Source: Hemiscyllium ocellatum (lineage: Eukaryota). From it: 64,000 nucleotides of DNA. The stretch lies in assembly GCF_020745735.1 (NCBI RefSeq), contig NC_083407.1, positions 89,085,857-89,149,856 on the forward strand, read 5' to 3'. This document shows, one piece after another, positions 12,311 to 25,699 of this stretch. The position numbers were made by a program, and so were the translations under genes. Position 1 is the stretch's first letter; each line of letters begins with the position of its first letter. The notes below the pieces were generated by a model, which had not been told where the DNA came from, did no database searches, and saw only the letters and a list, made by a program, of their open reading frames with translations.

Positions 12311-15300
12311 CAAAAAGTGTCACAAGCACCTTTATTCAGCGCATTACATTGTCACGGGCTCGTTTTGTTTTAATTTTGTGTCATTTCGATTGTCCTATAG
12401 GGGAAAAAATGCACCAGAAAATGAGAGGCCCTAGTCATTCTCAAGTAGAACACACAAAAAACATGGAACTATGAACTCTGTGGAATTGTCATAAATTGGA
12501 CATCACTTTTTTTTCCAAACAGGTTCAATGTGGTTGAATGCTTGTCATTTTGCGTAACCTTTAAATCCAGGCAACTGTTTCAAAGTTTGTGGGCTACATC
12601 ATTGTAATTGAATTTCCCACCTCCTCTTCCAAAATACCTGCAGTTGTTGTTTTCTCATCCTTTTTGTCTGATCCTATGAACCCCTGGTCACCTACCATCT
12701 TCTATCCTTGGTAAATTCCAAATTATCCCTAACCCATCTTCCCATGTTATAACTGGCAATAAGTTTCGTCCAGCTATCACCCTTGTTTGCAATGACCTGT
12801 ACTGGTTCTATCTTGCAACACCTTAATTTCAAAATTCTAAGTTTGTTTTTTGGTTGCTGTATAAGGCTAGAATTAGATGCTAGTCTTTATTTGGTAGCAA
12901 GCTGTTATTTAAAGAAATGCAAAATTTTTGATCTACAATGGTGTTCAAGATTGAGTCAGCAGGCAGGAAAATTGAGTGAAAGTCACAATTAGATCAGTGT
13001 AGCTTTAAACATAACATTGGCAGTACTGACTTGGTGGACCGAAGGGCCCTTCTGTTCTCTATGGGTCAATGATTCTATGATTAAACAGTTCACCAGACTC
13101 TCAGAGTCAAATGATTGACTTCTGCTCCTATTCTTTATTTCTTACTGTACGTATTGTGCATCTGACAAACACAATTTCAATCTGCTTCTAATTACAACAC
13201 AGATGAGACCCTAATTTTTCCCCACTCAAAGACAATGATGAGTGAGAGGAGTGATTGTTGGTTAGTGGAGATTAGTAGGATTATTCTTCACTCTTCTTTC
13301 TAATGATGCCATGCGGTTCAGAGGCAATGTTGAGAACTAGCAGGGCTACGAGTTTCTGACTGTGTACCATTGTCCCTCTCCCACTGCAGGGAGGGTGATG
13401 GGGATATCTGGACCATTGGCTGAGTATTTTGATTCTGTGAGTTTGACTGTACATCAGGTTGTTACTTGACCAGTCTATGAGATTGCCCTCTGAAGCGGAC
13501 TTTGTTAGTGAGAGGACTTTGCATTGCCAATTGGACAGATTGACCAATCATTATTTCTGGTGTCTAGGTTGATGATAGATGGTCTGACCAGTTTATTTGG
13601 GTCACTCACTAGGTCATTTCAGAAGGCAGTTATGAATCAAACACAAAAAAGAAAAAGTCAACCACATTGTGTCAGTTTGTGTCATACACATGTTGACCAG
13701 ACTAGCAAAGGGCCATTATTGCAGAGTAAGTCCTATCATTTTTTCTGCAGTCTACGCAAACAATGTAAACATGGTCAGGGCACTGATGAACTAGATGTCA
13801 TGTTTAGATTGATCCAATAGATTTTATTAAATTAGCTTGAATTCAATTAGCAATTATTGTGTGATTTAAACCTTTGTCCTCAAACCATTTCCCAGAACTT
13901 TTTGCGTTCCTAGTCCACTAACATATCCACTACACTGGCATCCTCTAACTGACTGGCCAAGGAAAAGCCAATAGAAGAAGGAAAAGGCAAGCCAGGGATT
14001 GTTGTATTGTGTAGAACAATCGGTATGTCAATAAACCTTTCACAGACATGCTCATGACATATTGATATAAAGATCCTAAACTCCTTCTTTACTCAGGACC
14101 ACTTGAAGCATGACATACTACACACGCAATCTAATCTGTTGTAATTTCACTGGCAGAATTTTCATCTGCGTGGAGCTGGTGTTGCTAATGACAAGAAAGT
14201 TGAGAAAGTATGATGATAAAGAAAATGTCAGAAGCTTGACAATGATAAAAATGTTTGCTGCTTTTCACTTAAGCTTTAAAAAGTGACTTTAGTTACTTCT
14301 TTAGCTGCATGCATTTGCATCTTATGAATTGCTCAGCTTGCCTCTATTATACACCATTATTGCTGTCAGTCACTAGATAGCACCAATTCCCAACTTGGGT
14401 GATTGCCTGAATGGCTGTTGAAAGTTTCCTGCCTGGATGTAGGCTCACCTTCTGCAACAATGATTTGGAGGTGCCAGTGCTGGACTGGAATGGACAAAGT
14501 TAAATATCACACATTACCAGGTAACAGTCCAACAGGTTTATTTGGAAGCACTCGCTTTCAAGGTGCTGTCTCTTCATCACCACCAGCAGTAGCCAAGCGT
14601 CCCCCCCTCTGCAACAAGGATTTGTGACAAACTTTTGACATTGCAAACAGGAGGGAGGTGGCGGGACCAGGGACCTCTGATGTTTTGTCAGACACTGTTG
14701 GGGCTCCTCCTCCCTATGGATACCCTCTGGCATCAATCTAATTCTTTGAGAGCAGGGTCATTGAGATGGAAGTTTGGTCAAAGCCTTGCTGGTGCTTTTT
14801 CAGCGTTCATTGGCTTCCTCTTCAGAGATGAATATGGGGCTTGTAGTTTGTAACATTAGTCTCCTCCTTGCTAAAGTTTAGTGGGTGCCCTCACCCTGTC
14901 AGTGTTGACTCTTTCAACCCATTCGTAGGATAATTGTTCTTGCAATGAGACAAATGGAAGGATTGTGTCTGATGAAAGTGGAAGGAAGTGAAGTGAGTGA
15001 CAAGGCAGGAGCAGGAGCAGGAGAAGGTGAGGAGGAAGTGCAGAGGACAGCACAGGCTAGTAGCTTGGGAATATAAAGTGAGTGAAAGCCATTGACACAA
15101 TAAATGCAATTGTGTGAGTAGTGGTCACTGAATCCTAGTGACAGTGCCAGAGTTAGAGTGAGTGTGCCCCTGTGAGTGTGAGGTAGCAGAATGAATGTGG
15201 TGGCACTCACCCTTGCGGAGAGCAGAAAATACTGATCCTGCTTCCACAGGAAGTTGAGAGATGGCCTTATAGAGGTTTATAAAATCATGAGGGGCATAGA

Positions 15301-18300
15301 TAGGGTTAATGGTAAGTGTCTTTTCCCTATATTTTAAGACAAGGAGACACATTTTTAAGACAAGTGGAGAGAGATTTTAAAAAGACATAAGGGACAAATT
15401 ATTTACACAGGGGTTAGTCTGCATGTGGAATGAACTTCCTGAGGAAGTGGTGGATGCAGGCACAGTTACAAAATTTAAAAGACACTTAGATATGTACATG
15501 AATAGGAAAGGTTTGGAGGGATATAGGCCAGGAGCAGGCAGATGGGACTAGTTTAAGTTTTGGAATTATGTACAGCATGGACTAGTTGGACTGAAGGGTC
15601 TGTTTCTGTGCTGTATGACTGTGTAGCAATGACCCTGTGAGCTTGAAATGAGACTGCCATACTGAAGTAATCTCTGATCATCTGAACATATGCAGAAACA
15701 AAATGACCGATGTTGGGAACAAAATGTCAGGTGACCAGAAGTTGCTTGTGGGCCTTTGAGGATAGAGTCAAAAAGTGTGGCTCTGGACAAGCACAACATC
15801 CAAGGAGCAGGAGAGTCAGCGATTAGGGGGCATGAACCCGTTATCAGGAATGTGGAGGGAGGAAGGGGATTAGAGATAAATAGGGAGGTGGGGGTGTGGC
15901 TGCCGCAATAGCACACAGTTAGGAAAGAGGAATGAGGGCTTTTTCCCACATTTAAATTTTGTTGAATTGGCTTACTGGCGTCAGAACAGGTTCCATCCTA
16001 TAGTATTGGAATTGTTCACTTCAACTGAGCAAATGTTACCCTCTGTGACAGTACAAAACTAGGTGGGCATGCAAGCTGTGAAGAGGACACAAAAAGGCTG
16101 AGAAAAGTAGATTGGTGAATTGATTGAGAAACAGAGCGTTAGATGGAGTTTATTGTGGCCAAGTGTGAGGCTATTTACTTTGGTATTAAGATTGAAAAGC
16201 AGAACAGTTTTTTAAAAGATGTAAAACTTTCAAATGCCCACAGAGAATTAGATGTGTTTTGTAACAAAGATGTAGCGAGTCAGTATGCAAGCAATTGTGG
16301 AAAACTTACAGTATTTTGGCCTGTATTTTAAGGGGATTTTGGAGTACAGGAAAAAGGAAGTCTCCCTTCCAACTTGCAATGCTTTATTGGGACCACATTT
16401 TAAGTACTTTTTGTCCCTATGTTCTCCATGTTTAACAAAAGGATATTCTTGTCTTGGAGGCAATCTTGAAAAAGTATTTTATTGGTTCCTGAGATGATGA
16501 GAAGCTGTGAACATTGAGTCTATACCATCTGGAGTTTAGCAAAAAATAAGCAAATGTTTCTGAACAGACTTGACAATAGATGCTTCATTCTGGATTAGAG
16601 TGGTGCTGGAAAAGCACAGCAGTTCAGGCAGCATCTGAGGAACAGGAAAATTGACGTTTCAAGCAAAAGCTTGAACTTAAGTGCAGGTAAGTTTGAAATG
16701 GACAGGAGGTAGACAATAGAGGGATGTGGAGTGAGTGGAAAATGGAACTGAGGCCAATAATCGATCTTCATTATGTTGAATGGCAGAGTAGGTTTGAGGG
16801 ACTGTTTTGTCATATGGTCAATTCCTGCTCCTCCTCTGGTTAACCTATCAGTATCTTTGAAAAAAATAAATAATGGTGATGCACTGGGATTGAGATGATT
16901 GGCTTCTAATAGCCACAACAATTTTCCATTGTGCCAGTTATGACTCCAACTAATGGATTTCTTTTGTTCATGTTTGGATCTAAGGCTGTCATGAGGACTG
17001 ATATTGAGAGGCCCTGGTGTAGGCCAAACTGTGGTGTTGGACTGGGGTGGATAAAGTTAAAAATCAGCTACCTGATAAAGGAACAGCGCTTTGAAAGCTA
17101 GTACTTTCGAATGAACCTGTTGGACTATAACTTGGTTTTGTCTGGTTTTTAATTTAGGCCAAAACAAGCATCATGAGAAAGTTATTGCTGATTGTCTGTC
17201 ACTTGATGGCACTGTCACCAAACCTTCTGTGACTTTGCTGACAACTGAAAGTAGACTAATGCCCTAGTGCGGTCGTATTTGTTGGATTGATGTTGCTTTT
17301 TGGGAACAGAGCAGAACCTGACAATCTTCCACATTGTCTAGTACATGTAGTCTAATACTATGGATAAGGTGCTCATGAAAAAAAAACAGCTGTAATTATA
17401 CAGTGCTTTTTGAAATCTTCCTGCCTGCCTCAAGACTATTCACATGCTGTAATGTAGGAAACAGGCGTACTGAAAAATAGATGGCCCTAACCAAACAGTG
17501 AGGATTATTTTTGTCGTGTAACATGATTCCTTAATCTGTGTAATGAATTACAATCTGCTGAAGTATACACTTCCGCTTCTGCACCTTTGGCCAAATTCCC
17601 CAGTTGATCTTCCATGCTGGAGTCCTCAGCTTGCATATTTCTCTTGTTTCTCTCTTATCATGTCTTGTGCTTTCTCAAGTCCATCTTATACAAAGGAGCC
17701 AGCTTCTGATTCCTCGATCCTACTCTCAATGAATTACAAAGCATTCTATTTCCTGTTCTGGCTTCCACAGAGCTGACATTCCCATTGGATGTCTTTCCTC
17801 AGGCATTGTCTCCATTCCCTTCAGATCTGCCTTATCTATCCTGTGATCCAGTAAATCGCAGAGAGTGGCTGGGAACTACTGACATTGCGAGCTCCCAATA
17901 TTCTAGGCTGCAGCTGCGTTGGTAGAACACAAGACATTTGTTAGACAAGCTGTAACACAACAGCCTTAAGAGAGCTGGAGGTGTGTCTTTTGAAGATTTT
18001 CTGGCTGCAAAAAGTGTTTATAGGTCATGTCCAACTGTAATAATCTTGTGATAATCAGACAATGCCGAGTAAAACATCTCAAGACAACCTCGGGGGCATA
18101 TTTTTAAGGTAAGAGGAGAATGATTTAAAAGGACATAAGGAGCAACATTTTTATCCCTAGAATGGTGCATGTGTAGAATCACCCTACAGGGGAAGTGATG
18201 ATGCGAGTACAGTTGCAACATTTAAAATTTGCATAAGTTCATGAACAAGAAAGATCTTGAAGGATATGGGCCAAGTGCAGGCAGATGGGACTAGTTTAGT

Positions 18301-18617
18301 TTGGGAATATAGTCAGTATGGATTAGTTGGACTGAAGGGTCTGTTTCCATGCTGAATGCTGTCTATGACTCTAGGTCTCTGCTATTTCCCAATTTTGTTG
18401 GCAGGATCCTTATTCACACATTTTCTATTTCCCTTCTTTTACATTAATGGTCATCACATTGCTGAGGTGATTGTAATGATACATTAGGTACATGACATCT
18501 GGATACCAGCTGTCGTGGACCATTTCTACGAAGCTCTGAACATATGATCGAGTTGGACAAAATGTCCATGTAATAGAAGATATTTTATTATGTTGACAAA
18601 TGGTTTATAATGACAGA

Positions 18618-20401
18618 CTAGGAATCCCTCGTGTGCCTAAAAGATCCAACAGTTGAGCTGTAGCCTCCCCAGTCACTGTATCTCCTGTACCAACCGGGTC
18701 TCATGAAGTATTGTCACCCTCTGTAGTTGGGGTGTTCATAGAAGATCCAGTAACCGTTCATCACATGGCAGGAATGGATGTCGTGGTAATGAAAACGATT
18801 GTAGATAGATGGACAGTCATCCATGAATTCCATCATCTGTCTTCCAAAGTCAGGCCTCTCATAAATCCTCATTCTGTAGGAACCTCCTCGGTACTGGAAT
18901 AGAGAGAAATGAAACATTTGAGATGCAGATATGAAAATATCTATAGAACACTTTAAAATTATTGTCATGGGTTGCTTTTATATTAGTAATATGACCAAGG
19001 AACCCATTAGCTTTTTGTTAAAAATTCACTGTTCAATCATTAACCAGCTATTGACCATCTCTAGATGCTAACAGATTGTTGTCTAGTTTTGGACAATTCC
19101 TGCTTGGTTATCCAATTGTCATCAATCTATTATGAAATATTTGGTATTGCTTGGTACTGGAATAGAAATGAGATCGTATTGGTAAGGAAATAGCAAACCC
19201 ATGTTTGATAATTACTGAGAGAGGGAAAGAATATAGCAAATCCCAGTTGATGACATTAATAATGGAAGTAAAGCTGATATAATTCATTACCATCAATTCG
19301 GTAGGTCAATTATGTTTGAACACCAAATAGGCAGCTTCTATTTAATTTTAAACAGTTGATCAGTGAAATGCCTGTGACAGTATGTGTGATTGATGTTAAT
19401 TGATCCACCCAGAATGAGGCTTATCAATGTCTGTAAAAATCTAATTGTGATGAGACTTTCTCCAAGTGTGGGCAGCTTTCTCCTTTTTATAATGTATTGA
19501 ATATTTATAATGAGATGAATGGAACATGTACAAATATGTTCGTTAGAAAGGTGTACTCTATCTTAGCCTATCTGTAGTTACCTTACTACTTTCTACACTG
19601 TCAAAGCACCAAATTGGCTTTTAGTTCTGATTATTTGATTAAATACAAAAAGATGTGTTCTACTGTCTCCCAAACATTCTTGAAAATTTTAAGTATACCA
19701 CCAGCAGTGACCTACCACAAATTTCCTAGTTTATGCAACAATTGAAGAAAGAAACTGTGCCTGGGGATCTTAACTGCAATTATGTAATTACAAGGGTTGA
19801 TACTAAATTCTCACAGTGATTGTAACATGTGCTCAGAGACTGGTAAATGAGGTTGGATTTGTAACAGCAGACGATCCGCTACTGTTAATATCACTGCTGC
19901 AAGATATAACCAGACCAATGGGAACAAGTATTCCTCTTCAGTGCTAATGGGTACAAGCTGTACACAGTAATTTTGAACACAGTAATTTTTTTTAGTGTCA
20001 CTCTGGGTAGAAAATGATAAAACCATCAGAAATTACTCATATTTTAATAGTAGGAGTGACATGACCTGACACAGTCATTGAATCCCATCCAGCGCTGGTA
20101 GTCAGGATACGCTCCCCTGGTCAGAACATACTGGTATCCCATGTAATTAGGTCTCTCATACAGCACCCACCAGTCACTGTCAACATGGATGGAGTTACAG
20201 CGGCTGAAGTAAGGGGACAGGTCGGCACAGTCACTGCTGCACTCATAGTGCTGTCCCTGGAAGTTCCTGTCCTCGTAAAAGATGATCTGTGGGAAAAGAT
20301 GCAGGTTTATTAATTCAGAGTTTTCAGTTTGGAAATGTCTAATCAATAATCCCAATACAATGTGAAATATAAAACATTTGAGTTATGCTTGCCTTTCCCA
20401 T
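18618..20401 (-). pseudogene. cryg: gamma-crystallin pseudogene (gene 2): exons 20393..20401, 20044..20286, 18618..18893
   Basis: Exon 2 ends in an in-frame TAA (20044-20046) and the intron-2 donor reads ATGAGT rather than GTGAGT. Exon 3 has CGA>TGA (R144*) at 18714-18716 and many CpG-type changes (R>H, D>N, V>I). Exon 1 is followed only by GCAAGC. TATA at 20461-20468 and AATAAA at 18584-18589 are retained. Confidence 0.88.
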
Positions 20402-20460
20402 TTCGAGCTCAGAGCTTGTTGAGTAAGCACCTGAACGTCTCACTGCCTCATGCAGCTTGG

Positions 20461-20468
20461 TATTTATA
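20461..20468 (-). promoter_or_regulatory. TATA box of pseudogene (gene 2)
   Basis: TATAAATA 60 bp upstream of the ATG, similar spacing to the paralogues. Confidence 0.6.
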
Positions 20469-21761
20469 AGTGAGAGTGAAAGGCTTCTCTGGGCTTTACT
20501 AATTGTTATTCCAATATCTGAAGTGATTTGAAGTTAACATAAAAGAAACAAAGTACATGATGCATGCACTCATTGTAAAGAAAACCATTATAATGCAAGA
20601 TCATTTTAAAGCACCTTTGTATCATTGTTTGTGTTTGCCCTCATGTCATTTTAATTGCTTGAAAGGCAGCAACAATGCATTAGAGCAATGGTGTACTCTG
20701 TCTTATGCTGTCATTAAAATTCTCGAGCACTTGTCATTTGACCATCGTCTAAGTCTGTTTCCAATATTTCAATGCAATGATGGAAATCTACTCCAGAACC
20801 TGTCTATAAGATAATGTATGCTTTCAGAGCAAGTTGCTTTATTTACAGCCCCCTGCACATGCCTATAACCCCTGGAGTATTTAGACTCCAGACTGTGCTG
20901 CAAAGGCCATCAACTTTAATACCTGAATTTATCTATTTGGTAACATTTCTCCGACAGCATTGACAGGACATTTATAACATTAGTTGCAGCCTATGGACAG
21001 TTTCATATTTTAACCAATGTCATTTTGGTGTATATTACTTGTCACTTATTTCTAATTTAGCTGAAGTTGTATTGTAATATTAAATAAAACAATAGAAAGG
21101 CAGATGGTGGTTGTACTGAAATGCGATTGAGAATCAGAGATCAACAATTGCATACTATCCAGATTTTGGGAAGAGAGGAATGAAAGCACAGTACTAGAGA
21201 GTTGAGCATTACTTTTCTGTAAATTGAAATATAAATAACACATTTACTGGAACCTCTGAGTGCTCGCCAGTAATAGCTCTAAGAGAAAAGCAGAAATGCA
21301 GTAGATCAGATTAAGAACAGTTTGGATAATGAGAGTTATCTCAAGAGTGACATGACGCCTTTTCAAACTGAAAACCATTTGATTGAGTTGGCCACGTTAC
21401 TCCACTATTTAAGAAAATTGACAGAGGAAAACCATTGACTGATTGCCCAGTGACCTTGGCATCTGTTCTTGGGAAGTTATAAGAAACCATCATTGAAGAT
21501 AGATTGATGATACACATGGAAATTTTCAACTGATCAGAAACAGCCTGTTTGGATTTGTGAAGACTAGGTCATGGCTGGCAAATTTGACTTTGGAAATATG
21601 AATCAAGTAGTGGGTCAGCTGGATGGAAGAAGGCAAGTTCATAAAAATTAAGAGTTGATGGAGGCCATTCAACACCAGAAGCCTGCTCATCTATTCAATA
21701 AGAGCATAGCCAATTTCACTGTGGCCTCAACTTACTCTCCTGTCTCCTCCACAACGCATTG

Positions 21762-22540
21762 AATCATAGAGTCATAGAGATGTATAGCACAGAAACAGAC
21801 CATTCGGTCCAACCTGTCCATGCCGACCAGATATCCCAACCCAATCTAGTCCCACCTGCCAGCACCTGGACCATTTCCCTCCAAACCCTTCCTATTCATG
21901 TACCCATCCAGATGCCTTTTAAATGTTGCAATTGTACCAGCCTCCACCACTTCCCCTGGCAGCCCATTCCACACACACATGCCACCCTCTGTGTGAAAAG
22001 GTCTCTTTTATATCTTACCCCTCTCACCCTAAACCTGTGACCTGTGCATTCTAGTTCTGGACTCCCTCACCTCAGGGAAAATACCGTGTCTATTTATCCT
22101 GCCCATGTCCCTCATGATCTGATAATCCTCTATAAGGTCACCCCTCAGCCTCCAACACTCCAGGGAAAACAGCCCCAACCTATTTAACTCTCCCTATATC
22201 TTAAATCCTCCAACCCTGGCAAACATCCTTTAAATCATTTCTGAATCCTTTCAAGTTTCACAATGTCCTTCCAATAGGAAGGAGACCAGAATTGTATGCA
22301 ATATTCCAACAGTGGCCTAACCAACATCCTGTACAGCCGCAACATGACCTCACAACTCCTGTACTCAATACTTTGACCAATAAAGGGAAGCATACCAAAC
22401 ACCTTCTTCACTCCTATCTACCTTCGACTCCACTTTCAAGGAGCTATGACCCTTCACTCCAAGGTCTCCTTGCTCAGCAACACTCCCTAGGACCTTGCCA
22501 TTAAGTAAAGGTCCTGCTAAAATTTGCTTTCCCAAACTGC
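21762..22540 (-). mobile_element. CR1/HER1-type LINE 3' part
   Basis: Same family as 28424-30258; (TATGACTC)-type tail. Confidence 0.85.
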
Positions 22541-22863
22541 TAACCACTGAGCAACCGTGCCGTCCCGTGTTGTTTGTATTTTGTTGTTTATAAATCCTCA
22601 ACTCCACTTTCCTGCCTTTTCCCTTTAACCCCTGATTCCCGACTGATTAAAAACCTATGTCTCTGTCTTGAAATACATAATAACCCAGCCTCTATAGTGC
22701 TCAGCAGTAAATAATTCCACAGACTAATTCTGAGAATTAGATTTGGTTCAACTCAATTTTATTTATAAAATATTTTTATTAAAACACAATAGCAGCATTT
22801 CCCAAATTCACGCAATGTTTATTCTTTATTTAGATAGGTCTTTATTTAGCTCTCTCCATATGA

Positions 22864-23217
22864 GGAGAAAGTGAGGACTGCAGATGCTGGAGACCAGAGT
22901 TGAAAAATGTGGTGCTGCGAAAACACAGCAGGCCAGACAACATCTGAGGAGCAGGAGAATCGACGTTTCGGGCATAAGCCCTTCTTCAGGAATGAGGCTG
23001 GTGTGCCAAGCGGGCTGAGATAAAAGGTTGAGGGGAGGGAAGTTGGGGGACAGGCGCTGGGAATATGATAGGTGGAAGGAGGTGAGGGTGAAGGTGATAG
23101 GCCGGAGAGGGGGTGGGGGCGGAGAGGTCGGGAAGAAGATTGCAGATCAAGAGGGCGGAGCTGAATCCGAGGGTTGGGACTGAGATAAGGTGGGGGGAGG
23201 AGAAATGAGGAAGCTTT
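22864..23217 (-). mobile_element. Penelope-like element 3' fragment
   Basis: Terminal repeat plus purine-rich tract, near-identical in layout to 28752-29100. A second terminal-repeat copy follows at about 23270-23400. Confidence 0.8.
22957..22994 (-). ncRNA. minimal hammerhead ribozyme in PLE terminal repeat
   Basis: Minus strand CATTC-CTGAAGA-A-GGGC-TTAT-GCCC-GAAA-CGTC-GATT; core intact. Confidence 0.75.
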
Positions 23218-24101
23218 ACTGCTGGGCTAGGTTGAGTCTTCATTGAGTCTTCACAGGGTCTTCGCACTTAGAGACAGTGAGGTCTGCAGGTGCTGAAGAT
23301 CTGAGTTGAGAGTGAGTTACTGGAAAAGCCCAGCAGGTCACCAGCATCTGAGGAGCAGGAAAATTGATGTTTTGGGCCGGAGCCCTTCATCAGGATTCTC
23401 ACTGGAAGTCTGGCTTCCCGGTATGTGTTTTTTATCCATCCTTAGATCTTCTAGAATATTCTGTGGCCTTTGGCCATAGGGATCATGAGCAAGATTCTAA
23501 GCATCCAATGGGGTCACACAAACAGCCTTCACTGTTGCTGTGAAGTGCACATACTCAGGTGGTCAAGGTGCCAGAATATCTGATCAACACTTCTCCAGTA
23601 CACAACCTTCAGGATGGTTGAAACTAGTTCTCCTGTAACTTGTTTGACTTTGCTTTCCACTGTTGTCTGTAGCTGCTGGCTGCTGCTTAATTTAGTTTGG
23701 CTAATTTTCTATCTGTCTCAATTTCTGTGGTTGTCGGTCAATTTTGAATGTCCAACTTTGGACCCGTTTCCATCCTGTTGATCACTTGAAACTTCTAGTG
23801 AAAATGTGATCATGGGTTCAGAACACACTCTTGTGCAGGCATGTATCAAATCTCAGATGATGAGCCGAACTTACTGAGTATCTGGTTTCCTCACTATATA
23901 TAGACAAAAATATCTTATACACAAACCATCTTCCTTACACACATAATGAGCCTAACAGGATTTGTTTTACAAATAAGTTAATACATAAATTGAGAATTAA
24001 CCACTATTTATATACATTACCCCTTTGGCAATTAGCTGTACTCGATAAGGTAAAATTGATTCCGTGCAACAATTTACCTTTCATGATGCAGTCTATGTTC
24101 A

Positions 24102-25312
24102 TTAACTTCTTGGCTCCCGCTTTAGGAACACAGAGTTTGTAGTTAGTTTCTGGATGAGTTTCTTCTTCCAACAAACAAATTTCACTGTGAGGAGGGTGAG
24201 GTAGATTAAAGTAAACAGGATGAACAACACATCCAGGTGTGACAGGAGTCATCCCCATGGGGGTACATGCATGTTTGAGTCCCAGTGCCAGAACTCTTCC
24301 CACCAATTAGTCACTTTGTTTTCCCTGGTATCCTTTTGAATTTGCTCTGTCTGCTGAATGACTGGAGTAAAAACTTCATGTGCATTTGCCCATTTTGTCT
24401 GGACCGACTGTAACTTTTCTGCTAGGAGTTCAACGCTGGTGTCCCAGTGATTCCATAATGTTTGTCTGAGTTTGTCACTGACATTGACAATATCTCACTC
24501 CTCATGTAAATGTCTGTGAGCTTGATTCCACCTAACCTGGCTGGTATGTGTGGTGTTTTTGGATGTTACATACAAACATCCCATCCTGATAGTGTTTTCT
24601 GGAAGTTGTGGTGTAGTATTCTCCCTTCCTTCTACATATTGCCCTGGTGGTGTCTGTGTTCAGGCTCTAGTTCTCTACAGTACAATTTAGAATGGTGTTT
24701 ATCTGAAAACCATACAAGGCATGTTCCTTTGAATATACGGGGCAGGGGCACACGGTGACTTCTTTAATCTGCTGACATTTATCCAGAGTGGTACTTATGA
24801 GCCTTTCCTCTTTCTCAACAGCACATAGAAGGGTGACATTGAGTTCTAATCGTACTCCGCCTCAGATAATGCCAACATTTTCCATCTTGAAGACTTATAA
24901 CCCATTGACACATGGAAACTCCTTAACCAGTCAATATGCAAGGAAAGCAGATCAACATGTGAGACATGGGAATCTGCTTTCCTCCAATACATGATAGTGG
25001 CAAGCTTTCCAAATATCAGCCCTTCCCCTCACCTCACAACAAATTTCTCTATACCCCTTCCAGATTGAACATGAGCTCCACTATCAGACCCAGATGTGGC
25101 AAAGCAAAGGGGAACCTCTTCCACAACCCATCTCTTTGAATGACTTGCTTAATCCATGTGTCACATATGATGCCAATGCCCAGTTTTATATTGGTCACCC
25201 AGTTATGCAGAAAACATCTAAGTTTTTTCCTCATCACTGATGGAAAATCTAGTTTCATTCGAAACAATTTAAACCACTGGGACAACCTCATGACCCTTTA
25301 AGTAAGATATCC
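24102..25312 (-). pseudogene. fossil viral envelope / class-I fusion glycoprotein gene (endogenous viral element)
   Basis: Manual translation across stops gives a Cys-spaced ectodomain (VFKMENVGII*GGV...TTLDKCQQIKEVTVCPCPV...LNCTVE), a heptad region (VELLAEKLQSVQTKW...IQQTEQIQKD), a Trp-rich segment WWEEFWHWDSNMHVPPW, a TM helix LDVLFILFTLIYLTLLTVKFVC, basic WKKK, and a short tail ending at TAA 24102-24104. Confidence 0.7.
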
Positions 25313-25323
25313 TTCTCAGTTCA

Positions 25324-25699
25324 AAGTTAAAAATCACACAACACCAGGTTATAGTCCAACAGATTTAATTGGAAGCACACTAGCTTTCGGAGCGACGCTC
25401 CAAAATAGCACAGGAACAGCTCTTTTGGCCTTCCAAAGCTGTTCCGACACATGATCAGATCAGCCATAATCTCATCAGGTGATAGTGGAGGGCTCAATTG
25501 TAACACAGAATTTATAGCAAAAATTTACATTGTGATGTAACTAAAATTATACATTGAAAAATTGTTTGTCTGTTAAGCCTTTCATCTGTTAGAATACAGT
25601 GATAGTTTAATTTCTTTCATGTGTAAATCACAAAACCTTTTTTTAAAAGAGTTGCATTCTCGGGTTAGCTGTTAACAATGGTGATGGCGAGACAATATG
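25324..25699 (-). mobile_element. Penelope-like element (family 2) with interrupted HHR
   Basis: 11-bp TSD TTCTCAGTTCA at 25313-25323 and 25700-25710. Related to copies at about 14460-14582, 17030-17155 and 59817-59900, which carry CTGANGA...GAAAGCT cores in varying states of decay. Confidence 0.78.

Noticed and set aside
23400-24016. 3' LTR of the env-bearing element
   Set aside because: Only a PPT-like tract and a TG start are visible; there is no second copy or defined end, so it is not called as a feature.
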